DNA of 64,000 bases from contig MU008183.1 of assembly GCA_010909165.1 (NCBI GenBank), forward strand, positions 434,001-498,000, in the 5' to 3' direction. A program made the position numbers and the translations under genes. Below, piece by piece: positions 36,306 through 49,465 of the stretch. Numbering within the stretch: position 1 is the first letter of the stretch; each line of letters begins with the position of its first letter. Under the pieces are notes generated by a model that searched no databases, had not been told where the DNA came from, and was given only the letters and a program-made list of their open reading frames with translations. The stretch is from Anthoceros angustus. Taxonomy: Eukaryota; Plantae; Anthocerotophyta.

Positions 36306-39300
36306 AGCTGCACATGCGCCGCTGGAGCTCGCAGGAGGTCACAGTGGTGTGATCGCTTTTCCGGCTTGGTGTGTGATGTGGAGTGTGATGTGAGAAGGCC
36401 GGTGAGGTGGTTCGGGATTGCTTTCGGTGGCACGCCAAGACGCTTGATCGGTCCCATCCCATGCCCCGAGCCCCGAATCCGCCACCAACACTTGAGAGCG
36501 CAAAATTCGGTCCTCCTCCCCTTCCGCACCACCTCGCCCTCGGGCGCCAATCGACCCGCACCCGCATCGCCAGCAATCGTATTCCTGATGCTAGTGCCAA
36601 TCCACCGCCGAAAATGCCGTCTCCTTGGAAGTTCAAACGATTACCTCGCCCGTGCCACCGCGGAAGCAAGCCACGAAGCCCCGGAGGGTTTCCGATTTCT
36701 GGCCTGGGAAAGACATGCGTTTCATTCCTTCGGGCCTCTTTCCGCCTCTCTTTTGTTCGCTTACAAACCCGTTTCGCTCATTTAATAGGCTTACCGATTA
36801 AACCGAGACGCCCGAGAAGAGCAAACGCAAACCTCGATTCAACAACAACAAGCTCTTTACATGAACATAGCGTAACACATGGCATGCCAGTTGCACACAA
36901 CACAAAGCCATGCACATGTTATTGCCCTATGAAGATGCAAACAAGGAAGGAAGGATGATTTGGAAGATCCCAAGTGGTGAAATGGTGGCAACGTCACAGT
37001 GATCAAATTGCCTGATCCGCCTCGCACATGTCCCCACATACAAGTATGCTTGGAGGATCCGATGCATTGAAGCCACCTCCAAGACCCTAGGATTTGTCGG
37101 AGGATTTCGTGTCTCGCATCTGCAGAGTAGTAGTAGTAGTAGTAATGAGTCATAGTGATGTGGTAAGCTCGGCGGAAGTAGGCGATGTTGAAAGCCTCGT
37201 ATCGGTAGAAACGCGATTACTGCGTTGATGATTCCTCTAGGCGGGCGTTCTGACGGTTTTAATGGAGTGATAGTCCAAGACCCGTCACCAGCAGCTCTTC
37301 ATCCAAGAGGCATCAACCAACAGACACACCTCTTCACGTAGCACCCTGCACAGATTAAGGACACACATGAACGCTCAACATTGTAATTTATCCCGACACT
37401 GAATGAAAGCACATATCCATCTTCAATCTCCTTATGGTATCAGAGCCATGCCGTGATGAAAAGCCTACCGTGATGAAAGGCCTACCGTGTGACACCGGTG
37501 CGCGAAGTTTCGTGGTTAAAAGCCATGGCTCGAAGGGAATACGCGTGCATCGTGCACCGCCACATGGGGAACATTTTCCCGCCTCCTCGATTTCTCTACA
37601 ACCACCGACGACTTCGCTACACCTCACCAAGAACATCAAATAGCGCAACAAGACGGTGAAGCCCGAGACTTACAACAACCCGACATCATGTCGAGTCATG
37701 AGGAGCCGTGGAGGGACCGTGACAGAGCAAGTGGAGGAGCCGCTCAACCTAACCTCGATACCTCACCGCCCGTGATCGAAATCAAGGAAAGAGATAGATT
37801 CACCGTACCGATTACGATGTGTGGTCTACGAGAATGAGAGGGCACTTGAAGATGCCAATTTGTGGACAATAGTCGACGGATCGCTCCTTGCCTAATTCCG
37901 CAGTCCGAGATCATGGACATTCAGCCCATACATCCGCCTCGATACCAAGTGACAAAGCAAAAGTCACGAGACTTGCACAAGATGCTTTGCATAATTAAAG
38001 TGAGTAGAAATACAAACAAAAGCTCTTATGTCTTTCACGAACGTCGCTAAAACCCTTTGCCTAATTTAGTGGGCTAGAGTTGCACTCTTCACACGAAGGA
38101 CATGTGAGAGGAGCAAGGCGATCAACGCGCCGTGTGCATTTCCACTAGTCAGTGATTATGGTGTACATCAAATTTGCCGCAGACACCTCCGATTCTCCGT
38201 CATAGCTGCACATGCGCCACAGCAGGAGCTCGCAGGAGGTCAGTGTGTGATCGCTTTTCCGGCTTGGTGTGTGATGTGGAGTGTGATGTGAGAAGGCCGG
38301 TGAGGTGGTTGGGATTGCTTTCGGTGGCACGCCTTGATCGGTCCCATCCCATGCCCCGAGCCCCGAATCCGCCACCAACACTTGAGAGCGCAAAATTCGG
38401 TCCTCCTCCCCTTCCGCACCACCTCCGCCCTCGGGCTCGACCCGCACCCGCATCGCCAGCAATCGTATTCGATGCTAGTGCTAATCGGCCAAGCCGAAAA
38501 TGCCGTCTCCCCTTGGAAGTTCAAACGATTACCTCGCCCGTGCCACCGCGGAAGCAATACGAAGCCCCGGAGGTTTCCGATTTCTGGCCTGGGAAAGACA
38601 TGCTTTCATTCCTTCGGGCCTCTTTCCGCCTCTCTTTTGTTCGCTTACAAACCCGTTTCTTCATTTAATAGGCTTACCGATTAAACCGAGACGGCCCGAG
38701 AAGAGCAAACGCAAACCTCGATTCAACAACAACAAGCTCTTTATCATGAACATAGCGTAACACATGGCATGCCAGTTGCACACAACACAAAGCCATGCAC
38801 ATGTTATTGCCCTATGAAGATGCAAACAAGGAAGGAAGGATGATTTGGAAGATCCCAAGTGGTGAAATGGTGGCAACGTCATGTGATCAAATTGCTGATC
38901 CGCCTGCACATGTCCCCACATACAAGTCAGCTTGGAGGATCCGGATGCATTGAAGCCACCTCCAAGCACCCTAGGATTTGTCGGAGGATTTCGTGTCTCG
39001 AGACTCGATTCAGTAGTAGTAGTAGTAGTAATGAGTCATAGTGATGTGGTAAGCTCGGCGGAAGTAGGCGATGTTGAAAGCCTCGTGCGGCCGCGCAGTT
39101 ACGCGTTGATGATTCCTCTAGGCGGGCCCGTTCTGACGGTTTTAATGGAGTGATAGTCCAAGACCCGTCGCACTCTTCATCCAAGAGGCATCAACCAATG
39201 TATACACACCTCTTCACGTAGCACCACATGTTAAGGACACACATGAACGCTCAACATTGTAATTTATCCCGACATCGAATGAAAGCACATATCCATCTTC

Positions 39301-39790
39301 AATCTCCTTATGGTATCGAGCCATGCCGTGATGAAAAGCCTACCGTGATGAAAGGCCTACCGTGTGACACCGGTGCGCGAAGTTTCGTGGTTAAAAGCCA
39401 TGGCTCGAAGGGAATACGCGTGCATCGTGCACCGCCACATGGGGAACATTTTCCCGCCTCCTCGATTTCTCTACAACCACCGACGACTTCGCTACACCTC
39501 ACCAAGAACATCAAATAGCGCAACAAGACGGTGAAGCCCGAGACTTACAACAACCCGACATCATGTCGAGTCATGAGGAGCCGTGGAGGGACCGTGACAG
39601 AGCAAGTGGAGGAGCCGCTCAACCTAACCTCGATACCTCACCGCCCGTGATCGAAATCAAGGAAAGAGATAGATTCACCGCATGATTACGATGTGTGGTC
39701 TACGAGAATGAGAGGGCACTTGAAGATGCCAATTTGTGGACAATAGTCGACGGATCGCTCCTTGCCCTAATTCCGCAGTCCGAGATCTTG
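35995..39790. repeat. ~1.9 kb direct duplication (35995-37910 / 37905-39790): copia-1 5' LTR, WOX 5' part, X 3' part, copia-2 5' LTR and leader
   Basis: A third copia-1 LTR at ~37948-38095 and an extra copia-2 LTR+PBS at 37260-37446; the junction shares agatc. Confidence 0.8.
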
Positions 39791-42700
39791 ATCATCGGAA
39801 CAAATCGACGGAAAGCGAAACCTCTTAATTGCGGATCGATAAGGACATGGTGCATCATACCTTGGTGCACCTACGCCCCACAACATTCGAGCGCCGATGT
39901 ATGAAGCAATCGATCCACAAAGACGCGTTACAACAAGGAACTTTCACCTCCTTAAATATAAGGACGGGAGAGCATCCACTCACATCCGAGCACTTTCCAA
40001 CCCTAAGAGCAAGACGGCCTCTTGTGGTACAACTCTCTCAGAGCTCGAGGCGCCATAGCCCTCCTCATGACACTACCACAAAGTCAAGTACCTTCACGTA
40101 CCACACAAACGGCCTTATCAAACAATCACAACTCGCAAAGAAATTAAAACTTGGAGACGAGATGACCCTCTCAGAGGTCATAGCGGCTGTCATAGAGGAA
40201 GACTCTGCCAAGAGATCCTCAAGAAGCGCTGCCCCAGGACATGCCTTGTTCATCTCAGGGCCAAACGGGCAAAGACAACCAAGAAATAGAAACTGGCTAA
40301 GCAGGAAGGGAGGAGAGAGTTCGTCTTCTTCAGGCCCTGCCAATCCCCGTCGAAAAGGGAGCTGCAACTGGTGCAGAAAACCAGGGCACTATGAGCGAGA
40401 GTGCCGAAGTAAACAAGCGGGCGAACCAAGAAAGCCTGGTCCCCAAAGTGCTAATGTTGTGCAGCGAGTGCCAACAATCCTCATCACTGCTCTCACACCC
40501 GGCAGTGACAGTTGCTCGTCATGGTACTTAGACAGCGGAGCTTCCGCTCACATCTGTAAGGAACGCAGCTGCTTCTCCACCTACAAACCACTGCAGGAGG
40601 GAGGGCTGATTTATGTTGCGCATAACCGATCGCAAATGTTTGTGGCATCACCTGCATTCTAACGCAAGACCGTGGCACATAACCTCGGCGACGTGCTTCA
40701 CGCATCTAAGGTAGCAAAGAACCTTGTCTCAAAGGAGCGGCTGCATTTACAAGAAACATGAGGTACACTTCAAGGCCCGTAAGTGTGAGATTTCCTTGTA
40801 TGAAAATCCCTTGCGGTTATCTCCACGGAGAGAAGGAGGATCGGCTCTACACTCTGAAGCGATCGCTACCCTTGGATCAACCCCCTTGGCTCAGACTTCA
40901 AATAAATCAGAAGTAACAAAGCTATGGCATCTACGCTTGGGACATCCCAATCTGAAGCGTATGAAGGAGATGCAGGCATGTCAGCTATATGCAGAGCCTC
41001 TACCTGAGTTCAGTGACTCGCTCTTCTATGAGGGCGCCGCTAAAGTAAAGAGACACCATACCCTCGTGCTCCACTCACCGTGCAACCGAGCTACTTCACC
41101 GGTACACATCGATCTCTGCGGGCCTATGTCAACTCACTCGTTTGGAGGAGCATCTTACTTTATGCCCGTGGTCGATGACAACCCGTATGGTTCACACCTA
41201 TTTTCCGCCTCAAGAGTGAGGCTTTCGCTAAGTTTCGGAATTCCATGCGATGGCGTAACGCCGACTAGCCGCAAGCTTAAATGTGTGCTTTGGCGGATGG
41301 AGGTGAGTTCATGTCTCACGAGTTCACCTCCTACCTCTCGACCGAGGAATAACTCGACAGTGATCGCTCCTATGCTCACGCACAACACGGTGTTGCGGAG
41401 AATTGTAATCGGCGTTGTGAGATGGCCAGGCCATGTTGGCTCATTCACATCTCACGTGGTTATCGGGCCGAGGCGCCACCGCCACACACTTAGTGAATCG
41501 CCCGCCCACATCTCGCACTCCGGACATGACACCCTTTGAGGTTTGGAGTGGCATTAAGCCCTCGTTGACCCACCTTCGTGTGTTCGGGTCTGAAGCTTAC
41601 TCTTGGATTCCCAAGGAGAAGCACCATGCTCTTGATTCCAAGACTAGTAAATTCGATCCTCGAGCACAGAAGCTCATATTTGTTGGATATATGGACGGGG
41701 TCAAAGGCTACAAGCTCATTCACCCAAACTCCCATCAGGTTACAATCTCTCGGAGTGTTTATGTGCGTGAACACCTGGATTCCTCCTCTAGTTTTACAGG
41801 AGACAGCGGGAGTCTCATTGGCTCTTACCCCGACCTTGACTCCTCCGCTCGCCATGTGGAGGAGGACATTGAGCCTGAGATTGAGATCCTCAACAACGCC
41901 TCCGTGCACCAACCCCTTGGTCAACCCCCGCCAGTGCATCCATTGCTCTCCCGGCCCATGCCGGAGGAGATCGGGATCTTGGCGGAGACCAGGATGTTGG
42001 AGGTGATCGTGACGCTCACTCTTCTAACTCACCGCAAGACAACCTTCTTCCGCGACCATCATTCCAGAGACGTCAATCTACCGAGTTCGTGGCGACACCG
42101 CTTATCTCGGATGCCTAATCATGTCCTGTGAGATGCTCTACAGCCCAATCGTTTCCTCAACCTAACATTGTAGAAGCCGCTCGATGCTTCGAAATGGAAA
42201 CCATGTCTCAGCGATGCAGCATGAGGCCCCGAACAATCTCATGGCAAGGGCTATGGCCGCCACTCATGTGCTAGAGCCCGCAAGCCCGGAAGAAGCACTC
42301 AAATCTCGACAAGGAAGGGTGGATCAAGGCAATCCAACAGAGTACGATTCACTCATCGAACTAAAGACATGGGTGCTCACCCCACTCCCTCCCGGTCGCA
42401 AGGCCATTAAATGCAAATGGACCTTCAAACGAAAGCTGAAATCTGATGGAACAACAGAAAGACTCAAGGCAAGGCTGGTGGTCAAGGGCTACAGTCAAAG
42501 GCCTGGCCTTGACTACGGAGATAACATTTATGCACCTGTGGTGGCTGCTCAATCTGTCAGATTCCTTCTGGCAATTGCGGCTGAGCACGACCTTGATGTA
42601 CATCAACCGGACATTTCGACAGCCTTCCTCTATGCCACACTAAAGGAGGAGATTTACATGGAGCAACCACCGATGTATGTTGACCCCAAGAGACCTACCT

Positions 42701-44403
42701 GGGTCTGCAAGCTCCTCAAGGGCCTGTACGGCCTCAAGCAATCACCAGCCGAATTCTACGTGCTGATTGACGGCCACCTTATTCGATTTGGCTTCGTCAA
42801 GACCTTAGCAGACCAGAACTTATACTTGCTGCGAAGAGGAGACAAATTCCTGGCGTTGGCCCTGTATGTCGACGACTGCATCATGTTTACCAATGACCCT
42901 GGAAAGCTGCTTGTAGATGTAAAGGAGATGCTTGCTGCCAAGTTTAAGATGAGGGACATAGGGCCCCTGGAGTATTGTCTCGGTGTACAAATCCGCCGAG
43001 ATAGAAAAGGCGCACTCTATCCTTGCTTCAATCAAAGTATGTACTTGAAATTCTAGATAGGTTCAAGCTCGGAGAGGCCCCGCCCCAACACCACTTTCAC
43101 CGGAATCAAACTCACCTCACCGACCGCCCCACAACCGAGGTAGAAAAGGAGGACATGGCCAAGGTCCCTTACCTTAGCGCTGTTGGCAGTCTTATCTACT
43201 TGCATGGTTGGACACGATATGACATTTCCTATGCTGCCTCTAGTGTAGCACAGTTCATGTCTAATCCTGGCAAGGCACACTGGATGTGCGTGAAGAGAAT
43301 CAATCGTTATTTGAAGGGCACAACTCACCGTGGAATCACCTACAAGAGGTCAAGTAACGGAGTGCTTAACTTTGAGGGTCGGTCGATGTCGACGGGCATC
43401 GACCGATGCTCGTCAGTGTTGCGACCTATGTTTTCACTGGGAGGATCAGCTGTATCATGGTCAAGCAAGAAGCTTGCCACGATTTCTACATCTAGTGCTG
43501 AAAGCGAATATGGAGCCCTATCCAAGGCCGGAAAAGAAATTGTACACTGCAGACAGATCCTTGAAGATCTTGGCTACCCACAAGCTGACCCCACTGTTCT
43601 ACACTGTGACAGCACTGCAGCTATTGCTTTAACCAAGGGTGACAGATTTCACGCTAGAACAAAGCACATAGAAGTTGCTTATCATTTTGTGAGGCAGCTT
43701 GTAGCGAGAGGTACTGTCAAGCTTCTATATGTTCCTACAGAGTCCAACTTAGCCGACCTCCTCACTAAGTCGCTAGGCAAAGCCAAGCATGAAGCACTCA
43801 CTTGACCTTAGGCCTCGCGACCTCGTAACCTCATCGATTCTTCATCTCTTACAAGTCTGGATGCTAGAGCGGCGGGAGTAATGGAGTGTGACCAAGACCC
43901 GTCACCAGCAGCTCTTCATCCAAGAGGCATCAACCATGACACACCTCTTCACGTAGCACCGCATGATTAAGGACACATGAACGCTCAACATTGTAATTTA
44001 TCCCGACATCGAATGAAGCACATATCCATCTTCAATCTCCTTAGTTTTGCCGCCGAGGCGGAGGAAGGACCGGGCGGTGGTCGCGATCGATGTTGTAGCC
44101 CCTGGAGGCGATTTGGAACGAGCCGGAAGTTGGCGAAATGGTTGAGGGCGCTGGACACCCACACCTTCCCGCGCCGTGGGTAGGTGCCTTTGGGGACGCC
44201 CGCAACCGATGCCGCCCAGAAGAGGAAGAACCCGAAACCTCACTGCATCGATGGCCCACACGCTGCCGCCTTGGCCACCAAAGACGAACTGGCGTCGGTC
44301 ACGGGTTGCTCAGCTCACGCTGCTGGGCTTGGTGCCCTTGTCGGGCTCGGACACACGGAGAAACACTCCGAACTCCTCGACTCGATCGAAAACGGAGCGC
44401 CAT
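38960..44403 (-). pseudogene. Protein X copy 2, split by copia-2 (5' part 44044-44403; 3' part ~38960-39142, duplicated at ~37070-37259)
   Basis: The X sequence gacggtttt|gccgtcgagg is interrupted by the copia-2 LTRs. Confidence 0.8.
39143..44043 (+). mobile_element. Ty1/copia element (copia-2), full length, ~165-bp LTRs (39143-39310, 43879-44043) with non-canonical TA...TA ends
   Basis: PBS tggtatc(a)gagc at 39311; knuckle CNWCRKPGHYERECR; WYLDSGASAHIC; LWHLRLGH; HIDLCGPM; RT KCKWTFKRK..LYVDD; RNaseH ..FHARTKHIEV..ADLLTKSL; PPT 43867-43878; TSD gttt(t) inside X. Confidence 0.93.
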
Positions 44404-47261
44404 TTCGGATCCGCCCACAACCAAACACAGATGACAAGCTAGGATTCGAAGTCGCTAGGATGTTTGCAAGAGAGAACTCCCATTCTTGTTGCGGAGATGG
44501 CATTCCAAGGGCCTTTTATATACACATGGACCCGGTGGTGATGTGAAGGTGAGCACATTCATGTCCTTATGAACTCGAAAAGATCCATTCATGTGACCGG
44601 TTTCAATTAGCCATGTGTGAAGTCCTTGTGAACTCGAAAAGATCCATTCATTTGACGGTTTCAATCACCATGTGTGAAGGTGGCCATTTGTTGCAGCCCG
44701 GCCCGCCACCGTGGTTAGTGCTCGACGCAGCTCGTAGTCCCGCAGCTTTCTGTGTTGACTCATGTAGCAGCGCCTCGATCACCGTAGCTACATGCATATT
44801 TGGTTTCTTCAAGGATGTCCGACCACGACCGGGCGGTTCCTCACGCATGACGGTAAAGGTGTAAAGAGTGTAGTAGTACACATTCATGAATCGTTCATGA
44901 ATGTACCATTCACTACCGTGGAGGCCGATATCCATAGGCATCAATGCCTCACTTGGTTGTCCACGTTGTTGAACTCAAAGAACTGAAAGCGAGGTTTCGC
45001 ATCAAGTTTCACAGTAAAAGGGCTAGGTACTCTAGAGAAATTGGGACTTCACATAAAGTACCTAGAGCTTGTTTGAGGATTTTGCTAGATATTTTCTATA
45101 ATAATTTATTTTATATCTAATATTTATTTAAAAAATATAATTTTAGATATATTGAACTTACATGTATCCAGCTAACTATAATTAACTAGAATGGATTTAA
45201 TATTCAAGCTTACTCGTGAGCGAGATAATGAGAGCAAGTATAGTTAACAACAATTAAATAGAATGGATTTAACATTCAAGTTCACTTATGTAGATAATGA
45301 GAGCAAGTATAGTTAACAACAATTAACTAGAATGCATTTAATATTCAAGTTCACTTATGGCCTCGAGATATTAAGGGAAATTATCGGGATATTTAACTTT
45401 GTAGCCTATATATGTAAGTAAGATCATGTGAGATTTTAAATCCAAAATGGGGACAACCAATTTGTCTTGTGATGTTGAGTTGAAAGAGGAGAAAGTTGAG
45501 AATTGTTTACCTATTGAGATGCATAGTACTTTGAAGGTCGCTTCAATTCCTATAGTGTTCAATAGCAAGATGAGTAGTTGGATAGCTAGCTCTAGAGGAC
45601 ACTTGACCAAGCATGCCGACAATCAAGTGTACTATGTCTTTAATGTATTTGACCACTTTTATGGAAGCTCATTTGATCCACATCTATCTCATACATTTAG
45701 GCCACAGACACGTCAAGAACCGCTTCTTTCCAATCTTTCTTCAAAGTTGGAAACTTGCCCAACAATATCTTCATACGATTTTACAAAGGCGTCTTGATTT
45801 ACTTGAGTCATGATATTAGGACTATCTCGAACACCTTTTGCTTATGCACCATTTGTCTTTGACATCCACCTTCCGAGTAACTTTCCATTGGTATGATAAC
45901 TCCTCCCTTTTCAATTTGACATTGTATGAGCATTCTTCCTTAGTAATTCTAGTTTCTCTAACTTACATGTTTTGTTCGTTGTCGTGAAAATGCTGCATTT
46001 TTTCTATCACAATTATCCCGAATTCATGCCTTAAGTGACTCCAAGACTCTTTCAAAGCTGGACATTATCAACACTAAGTGGTTGGGTGATACCGAATAGA
46101 GATTCTTATTCTGGAGCACTAACTATCCAAGATTTGCTGCACTCCTTACGTTGTTGGATCTGGTAGGAGGACCATTCTTTGTTGATGTGATCACGAGAAT
46201 ATTGGGAGTCAAGGAAGTGTTCAAGAATTTGGCGAAATGACTACATTGATGAGCTTGAAGATGTTGTTGTTCATATTGAAGAGTCCACCAAAACATTTTG
46301 AACCTTTATTTGTTTTCACTTTCATAGTTTAAGAGAAGAAATTTTGGAGATTTGTAGAAGCTATGCTTGGGCCATAGGTCGACCTTCCACAGACTCCATT
46401 ACTTTTAGAGGCATAATTGGAGCTTTGCTACCCAAGCTTGAAGTTGCTTTGTCTTCACTTCATGAAGGATTCAAATGTTAGTGCTTTGCCTTCGCTTGGG
46501 GATTCAAATGTAAGTGCTTTGCCTTCACTTGAGGAGTCAGATGTAAGCGCTTTACCTTCACTTGAGGATTGAAATGTAAGTATCTCGCCTTCACTTGGGG
46601 ATTCCAATGTAAGTGCATGACTGAGTATTCATATGAATGCTAACATTTTTGTTTAGTCTATACGGAGTAAAGATAAATATATATTTAATTATAATAACAA
46701 TCATGTCGCTCATATTTGTAAGCTCATGGTTTCTTAGAAATATATAACGGTCTTAGCTTTATGGCTCTGATTTGAGTCTTAAAAAACCCAAACCTCCCTC
46801 CCATACGGAATAAAACCTTATATTCTAGATGAATTGCTGAGAGTCAAAACAAACATCAATACACGATCCATATAGGTGAATTCAAAGTTGTCGAGCCGTG
46901 CAAGCATTGTGAGTTTTCACACCGCTAAGGCTCAATGGCTTAGGCCAAATGGATACATATTTATAAAAACGTCGTGATTAAATATTCTGCACTTAGATCG
47001 GTACTTAGATGGGGTGCTTAAAGAGAATGGATACCCTTAGTGCAAGTAGCTTAGGCACACCATGGTACAAGTTGTGAAGTATCAAGTCCCATGACGGAAA
47101 TCCGTGCTTAGTGGACTTAAATAAAATTCTTCTTCGTCTAAAGACCCTGGCATAGCAACGTTTTTATCATAAAATTCTTTTCTTCTTTTATAGACCCATG
47201 GCAAGCAACGTTTTTATCTTCATTTGCCAGGCCTCACGAGCGGATGGGCAGCGGACGGAGC

Positions 47262-47746
47262 TCACGCCGTCTGCGGGAAGTAGACAAAATTGAGCGCCTC
47301 GTACTCGCCGGCATAGTTCTGAGCGTTCACGATCCCTCCTTCCACCTGCACCCCGCTGCCATCCAGGCGCAGGAAGGCGACCGCGTCCAGCGCCCGGAGG
47401 GCGTTCCCCCCAAGCTTGTCGTTCGGGCCAATCTTGAACTTGGCAATCGCGTCGTCAATGTTCTTGGTGGCAGACACCTTCCCGGCGCCGCCAGGAATGT
47501 GGCCGGGGCCCGAGAATTTGGTCACGTCAGTGGCGTCCAGGCTGAGGAAGTAGTCGGGATGTTCCACCGACTGGATGCTGTAGACCTCATCTCCTCTGGC
47601 GCGCAGGACGAACCTGGAGTTGGGTCCTTGCACCGATGCCAGGTTCACAGTGACGGGGTCCTGGGACCCGGGCGTGGAGCTGTTCAATGCCAGCTGCACA
47701 AACAGGCCCGGGAACGCAATGGACTCGATGGCAAAGGGAACGCCAT
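47262..47746 (-). CDS. Protein Y copy 2 (one 1-bp deletion just after the ATG, otherwise open)
   Basis: ORF 47262-47873 contains PFAIESIAFPGLFVQL through NFVYFPQTA*. Confidence 0.72.
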
Positions 47747-48947
47747 TCTTCGTGGCGCGCCTGCACACAGATCGGGCGAGGGTGAGGAGGTGGAAGAACG
47801 GGGAGGCTTGCTCCTGGGTGGGAAACACTCTTGCGAAATCAGGGAAGATGGCCGCGCCTAGAAATATTGACATTGAAGCGAGCTCGTGAGTTCACCCACA
47901 GGAGTGCTTGGTACAGGTACCTTTCCAGCTCTTGATAGTCCAGGACTCCAGAGCAGCAGAGCTACAATGTAAATGGACGCATATTCCTGCGCACTGCAGG
48001 AGGCTGGTATTGAGCTCCAGGCGCCAGGCAAAGGCGGGCATTATTGTTGAGGAAAAGCCATGAGGCGTACAGACGTACAGGGATCGTGAATCAGCACGAG
48101 TCATGGAGGTACCGGTGGGTGGAGAAGTCGGATAGTGTGTCCTCGTTTGTGCGTCACAGGTCCCCATCACCATCACCTGCTTCAAAATCAAACAAGGACA
48201 GCATTCTACAATCCTGCTCCATAAGATTTAATTTGTAGCGTTGCAAGTTGTTCCATTGATGGGACAGAGTTTAGTGAAGAAGAGATCTCCACAATGGGCA
48301 ACAAGCCAGGCAAGGCAACTTAGTGAAGAAGAGATCTCCACAATGGGCAACTAGCCAGGCAAGGCAACTGGAGTGAAGAGACAAAAACGACACCAGTATT
48401 AGTTGATCTGAATTACATAGCTGATCATAGGATTACACAGTAACTGTTCCGGAAATACATAATGTAGATGGAAGTTATGGAACTTACGACCAAGGGGCCT
48501 GCATGTGCACGGTGCCCTGAGCTTCTGGAAGCAACTGTTCAGGATGAGGTTTATTTAGAGTCCAGAATGATTGGAGATAACAGGACGGATTCAGGCACTT
48601 TTCGAGGCTTTTCACATTGTGGCGCTGCAATGATTCCAAAGAAAGGGAATAGCAGATGGCGCCCCAAATTATGAACGACTGCCACTAACTAATAGCACCA
48701 TTTCCAGCTTGAACTTTCCAGCTTCATCAGCAAAGATAACCCTATGGCCACAGTGTACATAACTGAATCACACAGTGATTTGCTGCTGAAATTTCTGGAA
48801 ATGTGAACAGCAGTCGACAATCACAATACAGCCTGCACAAGTTTTAAGGCATTCCAGGAACTTACATACACTATCAATTGCTCAAATGAACGCTCGTGGA
48901 ACGTATTTTGAAAGCATAGGAGGCAGATCGATTTGCAAAGGCATGCT

Positions 48948-49465
48948 TTAGGCAAGGAACAGAGATTCACCGGCATCGGCATCGACACTAGTACGGAGAC
49001 CGCTGTCGGCATCCGTGCGCGGTTTTTGGCACTGACATGTCTCTCAGGATCTAATTCTCCGTCTGTTTCAGACTGGTTCTGGTTCTGGTTCTGCGTTCGA
49101 GCTTGCTTTCTCTTGGCTCTGGCTTTCCGGTTTTGGAACCAATTGTAGACGTTGGCATCTTGGATGGCCCCGTGCTCGCTGAGTTCGGCGGCGATTTCCT
49201 TGATCCGATGCTTGTCCAGCTTCGCACCATCGCCTTTCACAAATAACCTCTCCAAAATCTGCAGTTGCTTGATGCTCGGCGTCCACCGCTGCCTGGCACT
49301 GACCCTCACATAGGAGTTGCTAAGCACAGAGTCGAAGGACATGTGAGAGGAGCAAGGCGCCTGACTCTGAACGCGGCCGGCCGTGTGCATTTCCACCAGC
49401 TGTCGAGTGATTATGGTGTACACTGAAATTTGCCGCCGCAGCACCTCCATCTGATTCTCCGTCAT
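48948..49465 (-). CDS. WOX13: WOX13-like homeobox protein copy 2, 5'-truncated and joined to rearranged ABC1K-upstream DNA
   Basis: MTENQMEVLRRQISVYTIITRQLVEMH domain plus homeodomain ARQRWTPSIKQLQILERLF..NVYNWFQNRKARAKRK. A T5 vs T6 difference shifts the C-terminal frame relative to copies 3 and 4. Confidence 0.85.

Larger units (their letters stand above)
24131..36440. repeat. Amplicon unit A (X - spacer - Y - WOX; contains the copia-1 insertion)
   Basis: Colinear, roughly 99% similar to 49613-56070 apart from indels. Confidence 0.85.
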
